Assembly (NCBI GenBank): GCA_001724245.1
Contig: MEDX01000030.1
Span: 1 to 39,807, forward strand
Source of the DNA: Fonticula-like sp. SCN 57-25
Lineage: Eukaryota
Direction: 5' to 3'
Length of the DNA stretch: 39,807 nucleotides
Positions 12,308-24,037 of the stretch are shown here, one piece after another. Every line of letters starts with the position of its first letter. Within the stretch, counting starts at the first letter, position 1. The notes under the pieces are model-generated. The model was not told the DNA's origin and did not search any database. It saw only the letters and a list, made by a program, of their open reading frames with translations. The position numbers and the translations under genes are program-made.

Positions 12308-14028
12308 ATGTCGGAGACCGAGGTGGAGGCGGCCGAGTGCGTTGCCCGCGGTGTGCCTGACTGATCCGCTAACGAGTTGCCTTCTAGTGTCATTCGGCTG
12401 CTTCAGCAGTTTCTGAAGGAGAACCACCTCACTTCGACGCTAAAAGCGCTACAGGAGGAGACGAATGTTATGCTCAATTCGGTTGACAATGTAGAGAGCA
12501 TCGTGTCGGACGTAAACAACGGGCGGTGGGACGTGGTGCTGCAGACCATTTCGCAGCTTCGCCTCCCCGAGCGCAAGCTGATGGACCTCTACGAGCAGCT
12601 TACCATTGAGCTTATTGAGCAGCGCGAATTGAACGCTGCGCGCAGCGTGCTCCGCCAGACCGAGCCGATGCAGGCCATGAAGGCGCGCAACCTGGATCGC
12701 TTTCTTCACCTCGAGCAGCTCGTCGGGCGCACCTTTTTTGACCCGCGCGAGGCGTACCCCGAAGGCTCGAGCAAAGAAAAGCGGCGAGCGGCGATCGCCG
12801 AATGTGCGTATTTACCATTTGAAGCCTACTTTTCTAACGATTCGATCTCCAGCCCTGGCGAGCGAGGTCGCCGTGATCCCGCCCTCGCGGCTCATGACGC
12901 TCATCCACCAGGCGCTGCGCTGGCAGCAGTACCAGGGTCTTTTGCCCATCGGCGGCCCGTACGACATTTTGCGCGGCACCGCGTCGAGCGTCGCGTCGCA
13001 GGAGGACGTCTACCCGACGACGCTCATGTTCACAGTCAGCTTTGGGAAATCGCACGCGGAATGCGCGCGGTTCTCGCCCGACGGGCACTTTTTGGTCACT
13101 GGCTCCATCGACGGCCTCATCGAGGTGCGCAGCGCGCTCACCGGCAAGCTCCGCAGCGACCTCGCCTTCCAGGAAATGGTACGGAAACGCAGCTTTGCCT
13201 TTATCGGATCTGACGCCCATGCAGGAAGAGTACATGATGATGGACACTGCTGTGACTGCGCTCGCGTTCAGCCGCGACAGCGAAATGATCGCGTCTGGCT
13301 CGCACGACGGCTCGATCAGCCTGTGGAAGGTTCAGACGGGCTCGCTGGTCCGCAGCATCCCCAAGGCGCACGCGCAGGGCGTCACTTCGCTGTGCTTTTC
13401 GCGCGACGGCTCGCAGATCCTCTCTGCCTCGTTCGACACGACCGTGCGCATGTACGGTCTAAAGTCGGGCAAGGTGATGCGCGAATTCCGCGGGCACACT
13501 TCGTTTGTGAATGATGTTTCGTTTTCTGTGGACGGCTCGCGGGTCATTTCGGCCTCGTCGGACGGCACGGTGCGCGTGTGGGACGCGCGCTCGAGCGAGT
13601 GCCTCGCGGCGCTGCGGCCCCGCCACGGCGCGAGCGACACGGCCACGGTCGCCGCGCCGTCGGTGAGCGCCGCCATCGCGCTCCCGCGCAACCCAGAGCA
13701 CCTGCTCGTCGTCGACCGCACAAACGAGCTCTCGGTCATGTCGACGCGCGGGCAGGCGCTGGCTACCCTCGCCGCCACAAACCCCGACAGCAGCGTCGTC
13801 GACGCGCACTTTTTGGCCGCCGCCGTGTCGTTCCGCGGGCAGTACGCCTTTGCGGCCGCAGAGGACAACAAGCTGTACTGCTTCAACCTCGAGACGAACA
13901 AGCTGGACTTTGTGCTGCCGGTGCACACGACAAAGGAGATTGTGGGCGTCACGGCGCACCCGCACATGCCTCTCGTCGTCACGTACAGCACGGACGGGAC
14001 GCTGCGCGCGTGGAAGGCCGCGGCGTGA
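12308..14028 (+). CDS. SMU1: WD40-repeat spliceosomal protein SMU1 (LisH/CTLH + WD40)
   Basis: Spliced N-terminus [22 protein letters not shown]; motifs [16 protein letters not shown] and [12 protein letters not shown]. Introns at 12337-12387, 12804-12852 and 13179-13224. Confidence 0.95.
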
Positions 14029-14155
14029 GCATTTTGTACCGATACGGATACAGCAATATGGCGTATCATCATTGAACTGTAGAATACGAAAAATGAAAAA
14101 AGAGTCATCATGAACAAAAGCACAACACGAATATTGTCTACAACGGCGCTAGCCA

Positions 14156-15518
14156 TTACTTTCTTGGCTTGCCGCTCGGCTTGCCGCCCTTTGAGCCCTT
14201 TGAGCCCTTGCCCTTGAAGCCGGGGCCCTTGTCCTTGGGTCCGCTCTTGCCGCTCTTGGTCTTTGGGCTCGTGCTCTTGCCGCGCGCGCCCGTCTTTTTC
14301 GAGGCCTGGCGAGCAGCAATATTCTCCTCGCGCTTCTTGACGGCGCGCGCCTGCTGCTCCTTGAGGTCCCGCTGGCGGTCGCCCCACTGTGTCGTGCTCT
14401 TCTTCTTCTCCTGCTCCTTGCGCTTCACCGCCTTCTTGAGCATTTTCGTGTCGTCCTTGACCTTTTCGCCGCGGGCGCGGGCAAGCACGCTCTCCCAGTC
14501 CATCTTTTCCTCAATGCGCGTCGCCTATTCAAATAGAGTTAGAAACGCTAAAAGTATCATTTACCTTGTTCGCACCTTGTCCGCGTCCTTGAGCTTGATC
14601 GTCTCGAGGCGGCGCTTCTTGGCCTCGAGCTGCTCGAGCGCCTGCCGGGGGTCCGACGAGAGCGCCTTGCGCTTCTTGACCGCGCTGCCGTCAAACTGAC
14701 CGCCATTGGCGAGATCAAACTTGTTAAAGGTGACCTGCTCGCCGGCCTCGTACGACTGCGGGGCCGACTCGGGGGCGGCGGCGGCGAACGCCGGCGCGCG
14801 ATCCGGCGCGACAGACGAGTTGCCAGTCTTCTTTGGCTTGTTTTTCGTTTTTGTCCTACGCTCCATAACGTCCTTGCGCGTCATTTCCTCCGCCTTGCGG
14901 TTCGCACGGAACTTCTCCATGCGCTGATCGAGGCGACCGCGCAGCTCCTCGAGACTCGCCTGCTTCGTATCAAAGACAAGATCGGGGATGCTCGCCGCGC
15001 CCTCCATGGCGCCATCGGCAGCCTCCTCGTCATCGTCGCTCGCCTCCTCGTCGGCTTCCTCGCGCTTGCGCTTCTGCCGCAGCTCCTCGACCGTCGGCGC
15101 GGCATTGGGATCAAGCTGCAAGTGGGTTAGATCTGCAACACGATCGGGGATCGAGGCGCACCTTGGCCTTCTTGATGGCCTTGCGCTCCTTCTTCGAGAG
15201 ACTCTTGATGTCAGACTTTGGTGCCGCGCCCTTGGCGTTCTTTACAAAACGACGCTGGCGCCAGTCCATCTCCGCCTCCGCCTCGGTCTTTCCGACGTAC
15301 ATGTCGGACGGGATCATGCGGAGCATCGTGTCAAAGAACGACGCATGCTCCTTCAATTGCTTCATCTCGTCCACCGCCTCAACGGGCTGGGCCGCCGCCT
15401 TTCCTGCCTGCTTCTTGCCCTTCTGCTTCGGGGTAGCCGGCGCGGAAGCGGCCGCCGGCGTGGGCGTATCGGCCGCGCCCGCCGACTCCGCTGACATGCG
15501 CCGCTGCTTACGAGCCAT
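14156..15518 (-). CDS. SURF6: SURF6/Rrp14 nucleolar ribosome-biogenesis protein
   Basis: Rrp14 N-terminal motif HASFFDTMLRMIPSDMY...KAKLDP. SURF6 C-terminal motifs WESVLARARGEKVKDDTKMLKKAVKRKEQEKKKS..QW..R, KREENIAAR and PGFKG. Introns at 15116-15161 and 14525-14575. Confidence 0.9.
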
Positions 15519-15633
15519 GAGGTGCTGTCCACGTGGATTCTGTCAAGATTGCAGATTGTTTTACTGATGTTGAGCGGTTGATTCTCACAGTATCTAACGT
15601 CGCAGCCGTCGCTTTGAACCTTTGGCTTGCGCG

Positions 15634-15992
15634 ATGCTGGCACGGTCGACCGCGGTGGCCCGCCTGGCCGCGCAGGGCGCGCGTCGTACGTCACCTGCCT
15701 GCTTCAATTAGCCCTTCTTTTGTCTCATGCTTTCTTATTTCCTGTAGATTATCAGCGGAATGTGCACCCGCAGCCCTTTGAGCAGACGCTTGTCCTGACG
15801 AACGGCGCCACCGTCAAGGTGCGCACGACGGTGCCCAAGCGCACCCTGCTGCTCGAAATGGACAGCTTTAAGCACGAGCTCGGTAACCCGAACCTGATCC
15901 CCGAAAAGGGCAGCGAGCTGAGCGCGACGGAGCTGCAGGCAAAGAACGCCGTCAAGTCTCGCTTCATCACGCGCGTCAAGGCGTCGTCATGA
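15634..15992 (+). CDS. Mitochondrial ribosomal protein bL31m-like, 98 aa
   Basis: Exons 15634-15685 and 15748-15992. Arg/Ala-rich presequence-like MLARSTAVARLAAQGARHY, then VHPQPFEQTLVLTNGATVKVRTTVPKRTLLLEMDSFKH, matching the L31 pattern HP...V.L.DG.T..VRTT.P......D...H. Confidence 0.7.
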
Positions 15993-16166
15993 GCATCGGC
16001 ATCGCGCTTTTTTGCTCATTGTAAAGGACACTGGAGGTGTTGTCCAACATTGTACATAGCATAATTTTTATTGAATGAACCACTACATACAGACATTATT
16101 TGGTTTTTGAGTCCTAAAGCTCAGGGCGCTGCCCATTATGCGTCATAGTTTGTTTCTTCCTCTGCC

Positions 16167-19100
16167 ATGGCTGCGGATGACAAGTTCCACTTTGCGATCG
16201 ACCGCGGCGGCACGTTCACCGATGTCTTTGCCGAGCTGCCCACCGAGTACGGCGGCGGCCGTCGCGTGTTCAAGCTGCTGTCCTCGGACAAGGCGTATGC
16301 CGACGCCCCTACCGAGGGCATCCGCCGCATCTTGTCTGACGTGACGGGGATCCCGCACCCGCGCGGGGTGCCCCTCGACACGAGCCGCATCGGCAGCATT
16401 CGCATGGGCACCACTGTTGCGACGAACGCGCTGCTTGAGCGCAAGGGAGAGCGCTTTGCGCTGGTTGTGACAAAGGGGTTCGCCGACCTGCTGCAAATTG
16501 GTAATCAGAGCCGCCCCAAGATCTTTGATCTCCGCATCACTGTCCCCTCCGTCATCTACGAGCGGGTCGTCACTATCGATGAGCGCGTCATCCTGCTCCC
16601 TCCCTCTGCGGACGACTCTGTGCCCGCGGACTGTGTAAAGGTATCGACGGGCGACTATGTCCGCGTCGAGCAGGCGCCTGATCTCGATGCCGTCCGCGCG
16701 TCGCTCGCCACCGTGTACGATGCCGGCATCCGCAACCTCGCTGTTCTCTGCCTGCACTCGTATCTCTTTCCCGTGCACGAGGAGGCGATTGGCCGTGTCG
16801 CGCAGTCGATGGGCTTTGAGCACGTCACGCTGTCGTCCCACGCGATGCCGATGGTCAAGGCGGTCCCGCGCGGCTTCACTGCCTGCGCCGACGCGTACCT
16901 GACGCCCGCCATCCGCCGCTACGTCGACGGCTTCCGCTCCGGCTTTGACAGCGGCCTCAGCCGCGTCCCCGTGCTCTTTATGCAGTCGGACGGCGGTCTC
17001 ACGAGCGTCGACAAGTTCAGCGGCTTCAAGGCTATCCTCTCGGGACCGGCTGGCGGCGTTGTTGGCTTTGCCCTGACGACATACGGCGCCCAGTCGGGCA
17101 ACGGTGCGCCTACTTGTTTCTTGTTACTTTTAACTAACCGAGCGCGTAGCGGCCGTTGTTGGCTTTGATATGGGCGGGACGTCAACGGACGTGTCGCGCT
17201 ACGCTGGCCACTTTGAGCACGTCTTTGAGACGACGACGGCCGGCGTGACGATCCAGGCGCCGCAGATGGACGTGAACACGGTGGCGGCCGGCGGCGGCTC
17301 GCGCCTCTTCTTCCGCTCGGGCATGTTTGTTGTTGGCCCCGAGTCGGCGGGCGCGACGCCCGGCCCTGTGTGCTACCGCAAGGGCGGCCTGCTCGCCGTC
17401 ACCGACGCCAACCTCATGCTCGGCAGGCTCGTGCCAGAGTACTTTCCGCACATCTTTGGCCCGAACGAGAACGAGGCGCTCGATGCGCAGGCGACAGAGG
17501 AAGCTTTCCAGGAGCTCGCGCGGTCAGTGAACGAGTACACGAGCCAGCACGGCGCAGCGCCTCTCTCGCTCGACGAGATCGCCAGTGGGTTCATCGACGT
17601 CGCCAACGAGGCAATGTGCAGGCCTATTCGCGAGCTCACGCAGGCGCGTGGATACGACACAAAGAACCATGTGCTAGCTTGCTTTGGAGGCGCCGGCGCG
17701 CAGCACGGTGCGCATTGACCAGAGAAATGCCTCTTTTTACTAAACATCGGATTCTTTACCTATTCCTTTGTTCTATTTTCTTTTTCTTTCCTATCTATCA
17801 GCGTGCGCGATTGCGCGTTCCCTCGGCATGCGCAAGATCTTTGTGCACCGCTTCTCGCCGATCCTTTCCGCCTACGGAATTGCCCTTGCGGACGTGGTGC
17901 AGGAAGCGCAGGAGCCCAGCTCGACAGAGTTTACCCCCGCCGCCCTGCCGGCACTCAAGGAGCGCCTCGCCGCGCTCGAGCAGCGGTGCCGCGGCGAACT
18001 CGCGGCGCAGGGCTTCACGCCTGACCGTATTCACGTGGATCGTACGATATTGCCTTTCCTCTTCTTTGCTGACCGACAGCAATAGACTTTTTGAATCTGC
18101 GCTACGAAGGCACCGACTTTGCCATCATGACGCGCGCCGACGGCTCTGAGGACGGCGGATATTCAGCGTCCTTTTTGGAGCAGTACCGGCGCGAGTTTGG
18201 CTTTACGCTGCAGGGCCGCCGCATCTTTGTTGATGATATCCGCGTGCGCGGCGCTGGGCGGTCGCGGCGCGCCGCCACGAATCCCAACAGCGGCGTTCAG
18301 CGCGCATCGTCGGGCGTCGCGACGCCGCTGGCCACCAAGAGCGTTTACTTTACTGGCGGGCGGCGCCCCACGGACGTCTATATGGTCAAAGGTACGACAA
18401 AAATGACGTTTGGTTGATATTTTCTTTTGTACTTATTGTTGTTTGCCTGTAGATTTGCCGCAGTCTGTTGTCGTCAAGGGCCCTGCGATCTTGATTGATG
18501 ACTATGCGACTGTTGTCGTTGAGCCGAACGCGTCCGCCTGCGTCGTTGATGAAGGCGACATTATGATCACGCTGGACACTGTTGACAATTCATTGGACGC
18601 TGACGCCGCATCGCTTGCCGTTGCGGACCCGATCATGCTCTCCATCTTTTCGCACCGCTTCATGAGCATTGCCGAGCAGATGGGACGCACGCTGCAGCGC
18701 ACATCCATCTCGACCAACATCAAGGAGCGCCTCGACTTTTCGTGCGCGCTGTTCGCCCCCGACGGCGGCCTTGTTGCGAACGCGCCGCACATCCCTGTTC
18801 ATCTTGGCGCGATGCAGGAAGCGGTTCGCTACCAGCTTCGCACGGCTTCCGAAGGCCTTGTGGACGGTGACGTGCTCGTGTCCAACCACCCGCACGCCGG
18901 CGGTAGCCACCTGCCCGACATCACTGTCATGACGCCCGTCTTTAGCGACGGCAAGATTGTCTTTTTCGTGGCGAGTCGCGGCCACCACGCCGACATTGGC
19001 GGCATCTCGCCCGGCTCGATGCCGCCGCTGTCCAAGGAGCTCTACCAGGAGGGCGCCGCGATCAAGTCGTTCAAACTCGTGAGCGGCGGTGAGTTCCAGA

Positions 19101-20429
19101 CGCAGGGCATCACCGACCTTCTCAACAGCCCTGCTGTGCACCCCGGCTGCTCCGGGACGCGCAACCTGTCCGACAACCTCTCGGACTTGCGCGCGCAGGT
19201 GGCAGCAAACCACCGCGGCATCCAGCTCGTGCGCGAGCTCATCGAGGCGTACTCGCTCCCGGTCGTGCACGCGTACATGCAGCACATCCAGCGCAACGCA
19301 GAGGTGGCCGTGCGCGACCTCCTGCGGCAGGTGTGCGCAGAGAGGGGCACGACAGAGCTGTTTGGACGCGACTACATGGACGACGGGACGCCGATTCAGC
19401 TCCGCGTGACGATCGACCCCGAGCAGGGGAGCGCCGAGTTTGACTTTGAGGGGACGGGGCTGCAGGTGTACGGAAACTGTAACGCGCCGCCGGCCGTTAC
19501 GTACTCGGCAATCATATATTGCTTGAGGTGTATGGTGCAGCGCGAAGTGCCGCTCAACCAGGGGTGCCTCGCGCCAATCACGGTGAAGATCCCGCAAGGG
19601 TCGATTCTGAATCCGTCAGAGGATGCGGCGGTCGTCGGCGGGAACGTCCTCACAAGCCAGCGCGTCACGGACGTCATCCTGAAAAGTGCGCTGGGTTTTA
19701 TGGATTATTGGTCTTTTTGGCATGTCATCTTGCTATATTGGACACTTTATGCTATCGACGTGTGCCAATTTTGACTTGTTCCATGTCATCTTCTTACCCC
19801 AATTTTTTCCACTATCTAACTATCTTTCCTTAGCGTTCAAGGCGTGCGCCGCCTCGCAAGGCTGCATGAACAACCTCACCTTTGGCGACGACACATTCGG
19901 CTACTACGAGACGATTGCCGGCGGCGCCGGCGCCGGACCCTCGTGGCACGGCCGCTCGGGCGTCCACACGCACATGACCAACACGCGCATCACCGACCCC
20001 GAGATCCTCGAGCGCCGCTACCCTGTCGTCCTGCGGCAGTTCAGCCTGCGCGCCGGGTCGGGCGGCGCCGGCCGCTTCCGGGGCGGCGACGGCGTCGTGC
20101 GCGACATCGAGTTCCGCCGCCCGCTGCGCGTGTCGATCCTTTCGGAGCGGCGCGCGCGGCAGCCGTTCGGGCTCGAGGGTGGAGGGGACGCCATGGCGGG
20201 CGCAAACTACCTCACGAGGGCGCGCGACGGGCGGACAATCAGCCTCGGCGGCAAGAACACGGTCAGCGTCGAGGCGGGTGACATGCTGTCCATCAGGTCG
20301 CCGGGAGGAGGAGGGTTTGGCGCGCAGGGGGGGGCGCGGGGGGAGGAGGAGGAGGAGAGGCAGGCCGAGGCGGAGGCAAGGGCCGCGGGGAGCTTGCACG
20401 AGTTTAAGAGGATTCAAGAGTCGGCGTAA
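16167..20429 (+). CDS. OPLAH: ATP-dependent 5-oxoprolinase (fused hydantoinase A/B)
   Basis: Motifs [66 protein letters not shown] and [20 protein letters not shown]. Introns at 17104-17149, 17708-17801, 18042-18085, 18392-18452 and 19686-19833. Confidence 0.97.
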
Positions 20430-20579
20430 ATGCAGACATTGGGCGGCGAAATAAGCGCCGGATTTGCACATTTTTCTGTAGTTTTTACTGGCTAGTTCAT
20501 TCTGAGTTCATTCATTCAATATTATACAGTCACACATCAATACAATTATAGACGAAATACAGTGAAAATTTGGCAAATA

Positions 20580-21299
20580 CTACTGAGCGGCAAGGCGGTG
20601 CGCCTCCATGAGTTGCTTGTAGGGCTCTGCGAGCGCGTCAACGTCAATGTCATCAACCTATGCGAAATATCATGAGACAAATATTGGCATAAAGGCTGTT
20701 TATCGTACCGCGCAAGAGCCGAATTCCGGGTCTGTTGGCGAGTGTATGTGCTTTCGCTGAAGCTTGCGGCGGAACCCGTCGAAAAAGGTCACAGAGTACA
20801 ATTGCTGGATGCATATCAATGAGCCGATCAAAGAAAAGGCAACGCAACGCAAATGGCGCACTTTGGCTTCATTGATCTCGTGAACTATGGCGGGGCTGTA
20901 GCGATGCGAGCTAAGGAAATAGGCCAGTACGCAGTCGCCGACCTCGATCGATTTCCTGGGAAAGCAGGCATGAGAACAAGAAAACGGCCCGGCTCACCCG
21001 TACGAGGCGTCGGGGGCAGCCAAACTCTCGGCCGTGGCTGATGCGCCGTCGGTCGACAGAGGCGTGGTGTCAGTGGCATCGAGGAGCCTCTCTGTCACAG
21101 TCCTCTTGCGGGTTACCCGCTCCTCAACCTCATCGACCACGACGCGATAGCCGCCTGTGCAGATCCGTCAGAGACCAAGCAAAGCACCAAGTGGATATGT
21201 ACCATTAGCCAAAGGCTCCTTTGTTGTCGTGTGTCGGATAGGCCTGCATTCCTCTTCGCTTGTTGTCAGGCTTATGCGGCGCGACTTTCGGGCGGCCAT
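20580..21299 (-). CDS. Small Tudor/Royal-family-like domain protein, 173 aa, 5 exons
   Basis: Exons 21299-21203, 21154-20998, 20955-20862, 20804-20709 and 20657-20580 join in frame through four canonical 42-57 nt GT-AG introns. Product contains IEVGDCVLAYFLSSHRYSPAIVHEINEAKQLYSVTFFDGFRRKLQRKHI, a Tudor-like beta-barrel pattern. Confidence 0.75.
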
Positions 21300-21520
21300 C
21301 GCGCAACAATTGTGAAATCCGCGCAAATTTTGGCGCGAACCGATATGATGACTCACTGGTTGAGTTGGACTGCAGCGACTGGAGATGCACAACGCACAGC
21401 CGACAAGCGTGTCAGCATTGTGTCAGCATTGTGTCGACAAAAATGCTAGCGATACTATGCTTTGCCTGGCGTGAGCCCTAAATTCAAGTCTGATTGCTCG
21501 TAGCCATCGCCCGTCTCGCC

Positions 21521-24037
21521 ATGAGCACCATGGACTTACGGCCTTTTAACGACTACGACTACGTATTGAAGCTGCTACCCGGTCGCCTGGCGCTCGCGAC
21601 AGACTCTGATATGGAGAATGCGATATTGGACGAGGCGAGGAGGGATCCACGGGTGAGAGAGGAGATCGCTGGTTTGGAAGAGAACATATTGGCCTTGGCG
21701 CGGGCCATGGCTAGGTCGGTGGCGGCTGAGAAAGCGGCGACGGTGGCTGAGGAAGCGGCGATGTTGGCTGAGGAAGAGGTGAGGGTGGCTGAAGAAGAGG
21801 CGAAAGTGACAAAGGAGGGGGAGAGTCCGGCTGTGGAAAAGGTTGGAGTGGCTGAAGAAAAGGCGAGAGTGGCTGAGGAAGAGTCGAGAGTGGCTGAGGA
21901 AGAGTCGAGAGTGGTTGAGGATTTTGAAAAGGTGATAGAGGCGGGGAGAAAGTGGCAAAGGGCGGACGAAGAGGCGAGAGTGGCGGACGAAAAGTCGAGA
22001 GTGGCGGACGAAAAGGCGAGAGTGGCGGAGGAAGTGGCGAGACCGTTTGTGGAAAAGGCGAGAGCGGGTGAGGAAGAGCTGACAGTGGACGCGCTGATGG
22101 TGAGAATAGTGGCGTCAGAGGCGAGATTGGCTGCGGAAAAGGCGGTAACGGCGGCGGAAAAGGCGGGATCAGCTGCGGCAAAGGCGAGAATAGCGGCGGC
22201 AGAGACGGGAACAGCTGCGGCAGAGGCGAGATTAGCTGCGGAAAAGGCGAGAACAGTTGCTATACGGTTGGGCAAAGCTGCTTTAAGGGTTGCGGAGGCG
22301 AGAACAGCTGCGACAGAGGCGAGAACAGCTGCGACAGAGGCGAGAACAGCTGTGTCGGAGGCGCGCAATGCTTTGTTTGATGCGATGCGAGCTGTGGACA
22401 GTCGTAGCTGTCCTCGACTGGTTGAAGAAGGCTTCTTCCCTCTTGGGTCGTTGTCGGACGTTCCTTATTCGCCTAAAGCAAACGATTCTGCCCCGAAACC
22501 GAATCGTGGATTCCTCAAGCGCTGCGCATTTGATGCCTCTGTTTTCGTTCAAACAGACGTCGTCAGTCCCTCCAAGGGGTGGATCGCCGATTCCCATGTC
22601 ATGAGGCACGAACTAAGTTTTACCCTTTCGCTTGTTTTGAGATCGCTTCTGGAATGCGTGAATCTCAAGCCGTTTGACGTGGGTTACGACCAGTCGCGCG
22701 AGCTGCTGGAATTCCTCGGAGGCGGTGCTTGCGACGATCCGGCGCAGACATCATACTACGAAGCAGTGCGAGACCCCAGGCACGATTGGCAGTCGGCCCC
22801 CGGATATTTATTCCACTTTAACGACAGGCCACTTGCCTGCGTAGAGGTCAAGTATCCCCGCTCACGCAACCCCGTTGCCGCCCTGCAGGACAGCAGAGTG
22901 CTGCGCAAGGTAAGCGACTATATGAAGGTGGTTTATTTGTTGAGCGGCGTGGAGGCGCAGTTTGCCATTTTGACGGACTATAAGGTAATGATATTTCTCT
23001 GGACAGAGGAGGCGAACGAGCTTGCTGGGGCGGAATTGGCGTTTACGCGCAAGCGGCTGGAGAGCTGGGTGTCGGCTGCTGCTCGACTCCATCCCAAGAC
23101 CCTGCTTGACGTGTACCCAGAGATCATGACGCCCAGACCCGATGAACCGAAATTGGAGGCAGGCGGGCCCGCGCGCCCGAGCTGTGATGTGAAAGAGGCG
23201 CTCAGCAGGTTTGACGTGGGCAACTTGTACGTGTCAGAGCCCTATTATATGGAGGGGAAGCCCGATTCGGTCTCGATGCTGTACTCTGTGCTCTTCAAGG
23301 CTATGCTCGGCTTTCTCTCGCCGAATGTCGTCTTTGAGGACGGCGGCCAGTATGACCTGCAACCGGTGAACGATGAGCCCAGCGATGTTTCGTCTGCTCC
23401 TTTGGGCCGCGCTATGAGTGACCGTCAGTTCCTGCAGTTGTCCACGGTGCGGCCGCCGCGGATGCAGTGGGCGCCGACGCCCGACGCGTCAGACTATGCA
23501 AACTTGATGGACCCACAGACGACCGACTTTAATATTCTAAAGCTTTTTAGGGCGGGTGCAGACGGTCGGGCGGCGCTGGCGTTCAGCAAGGGAGAAGATG
23601 GCAGGACCACGATTTGCGTGCTAAAGATGATGCGCAATGGCAGATACGCGGCCGCCGTCGAGGTGGAGCGCTGGAATCATCTGTACAGCGACGTCTGGCC
23701 GAGAACGAATCCCGCTTTTGCTGTGAACCTTATGGGTCTGGGCGATGAAAAGACGATCGCGGCGGTTGCATTGCCGTACGTTGGCTTGGTGAACTATGAG
23801 ACGACCTGGAAAATGCCCGAGTTTAGGGAGGCCCTGGATGCTGCCATCGAGGATATGGCGCGCAAGGGCTTCCTCCATGATGACCTGTGCAGTCGGCACG
23901 TAGGGTATGTTTACCGTAACAAGGTGATGCGCGTCGTCTTGATTGATTTGACGCGCATGAAGGAGGTCGATTCCGAGGACGAGAGCAAGGTCGCGGAAGC
24001 GATATGTGACATGCGCGAGCAGCTGTCTTTAAAATGA
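21521..24037 (+). CDS. Coiled-coil + PD-(D/E)xK REase-like + kinase-like protein (Crinkler-type architecture), 838 aa from ATG 21521; possible upstream exon 21443-21470
   Basis: Single long ORF. N-terminal heptad repeats; REase-fold pattern APGYLF...PLACVEVKYP...DYM...FAILTDYKVMIFLW; kinase-like motifs RAGADGRA / CVLKM / EVERW / FLHDDLCSRHVG / VVLIDL. Confidence 0.65.
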   Translation: MSTMDLRPFNDYDYVLKLLPGRLALATDSDMENAILDEARRDPRVREEIAGLEENILALARAMARSVAAEKAATVAEEAAMLAEEEVRVAEEEAKVTKEGESPAVEKVGVAEEKARVAEEESRVAEEESRVVEDFEKVIEAGRKWQRADEEARVADEKSRVADEKARVAEEVARPFVEKARAGEEELTVDALMVRIVASEARLAAEKAVTAAEKAGSAAAKARIAAAETGTAAAEARLAAEKARTVAIRLGKAALRVAEARTAATEARTAATEARTAVSEARNALFDAMRAVDSRSCPRLVEEGFFPLGSLSDVPYSPKANDSAPKPNRGFLKRCAFDASVFVQTDVVSPSKGWIADSHVMRHELSFTLSLVLRSLLECVNLKPFDVGYDQSRELLEFLGGGACDDPAQTSYYEAVRDPRHDWQSAPGYLFHFNDRPLACVEVKYPRSRNPVAALQDSRVLRKVSDYMKVVYLLSGVEAQFAILTDYKVMIFLWTEEANELAGAELAFTRKRLESWVSAAARLHPKTLLDVYPEIMTPRPDEPKLEAGGPARPSCDVKEALSRFDVGNLYVSEPYYMEGKPDSVSMLYSVLFKAMLGFLSPNVVFEDGGQYDLQPVNDEPSDVSSAPLGRAMSDRQFLQLSTVRPPRMQWAPTPDASDYANLMDPQTTDFNILKLFRAGADGRAALAFSKGEDGRTTICVLKMMRNGRYAAAVEVERWNHLYSDVWPRTNPAFAVNLMGLGDEKTIAAVALPYVGLVNYETTWKMPEFREALDAAIEDMARKGFLHDDLCSRHVGYVYRNKVMRVVLIDLTRMKEVDSEDESKVAEAICDMREQLSLK
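21743..22370 (+). repeat. Degenerate 21-nt coding tandem repeats (heptads xRVAEEx / ARTAATE)
   Basis: Exact CGAGAGTGGCTGAGGAAGAGT copies at 21864-21884 and 21885-21905. Exact GAGGCGAGAACAGCTGCGACA copies at 22295-22315 and 22316-22336. Many diverged copies lie around them. Confidence 0.9.

Noticed and set aside
21559-22368. Ser/Ala- and Pro-rich antisense ORFs
   Set aside because: They are shadows of the 21-nt heptad repeats on the plus strand.
21743-22370. Possible CRISPR-like array
   Set aside because: The repeats are contiguous, in frame and coding, with no unique spacers and no cas genes, in a eukaryotic context.
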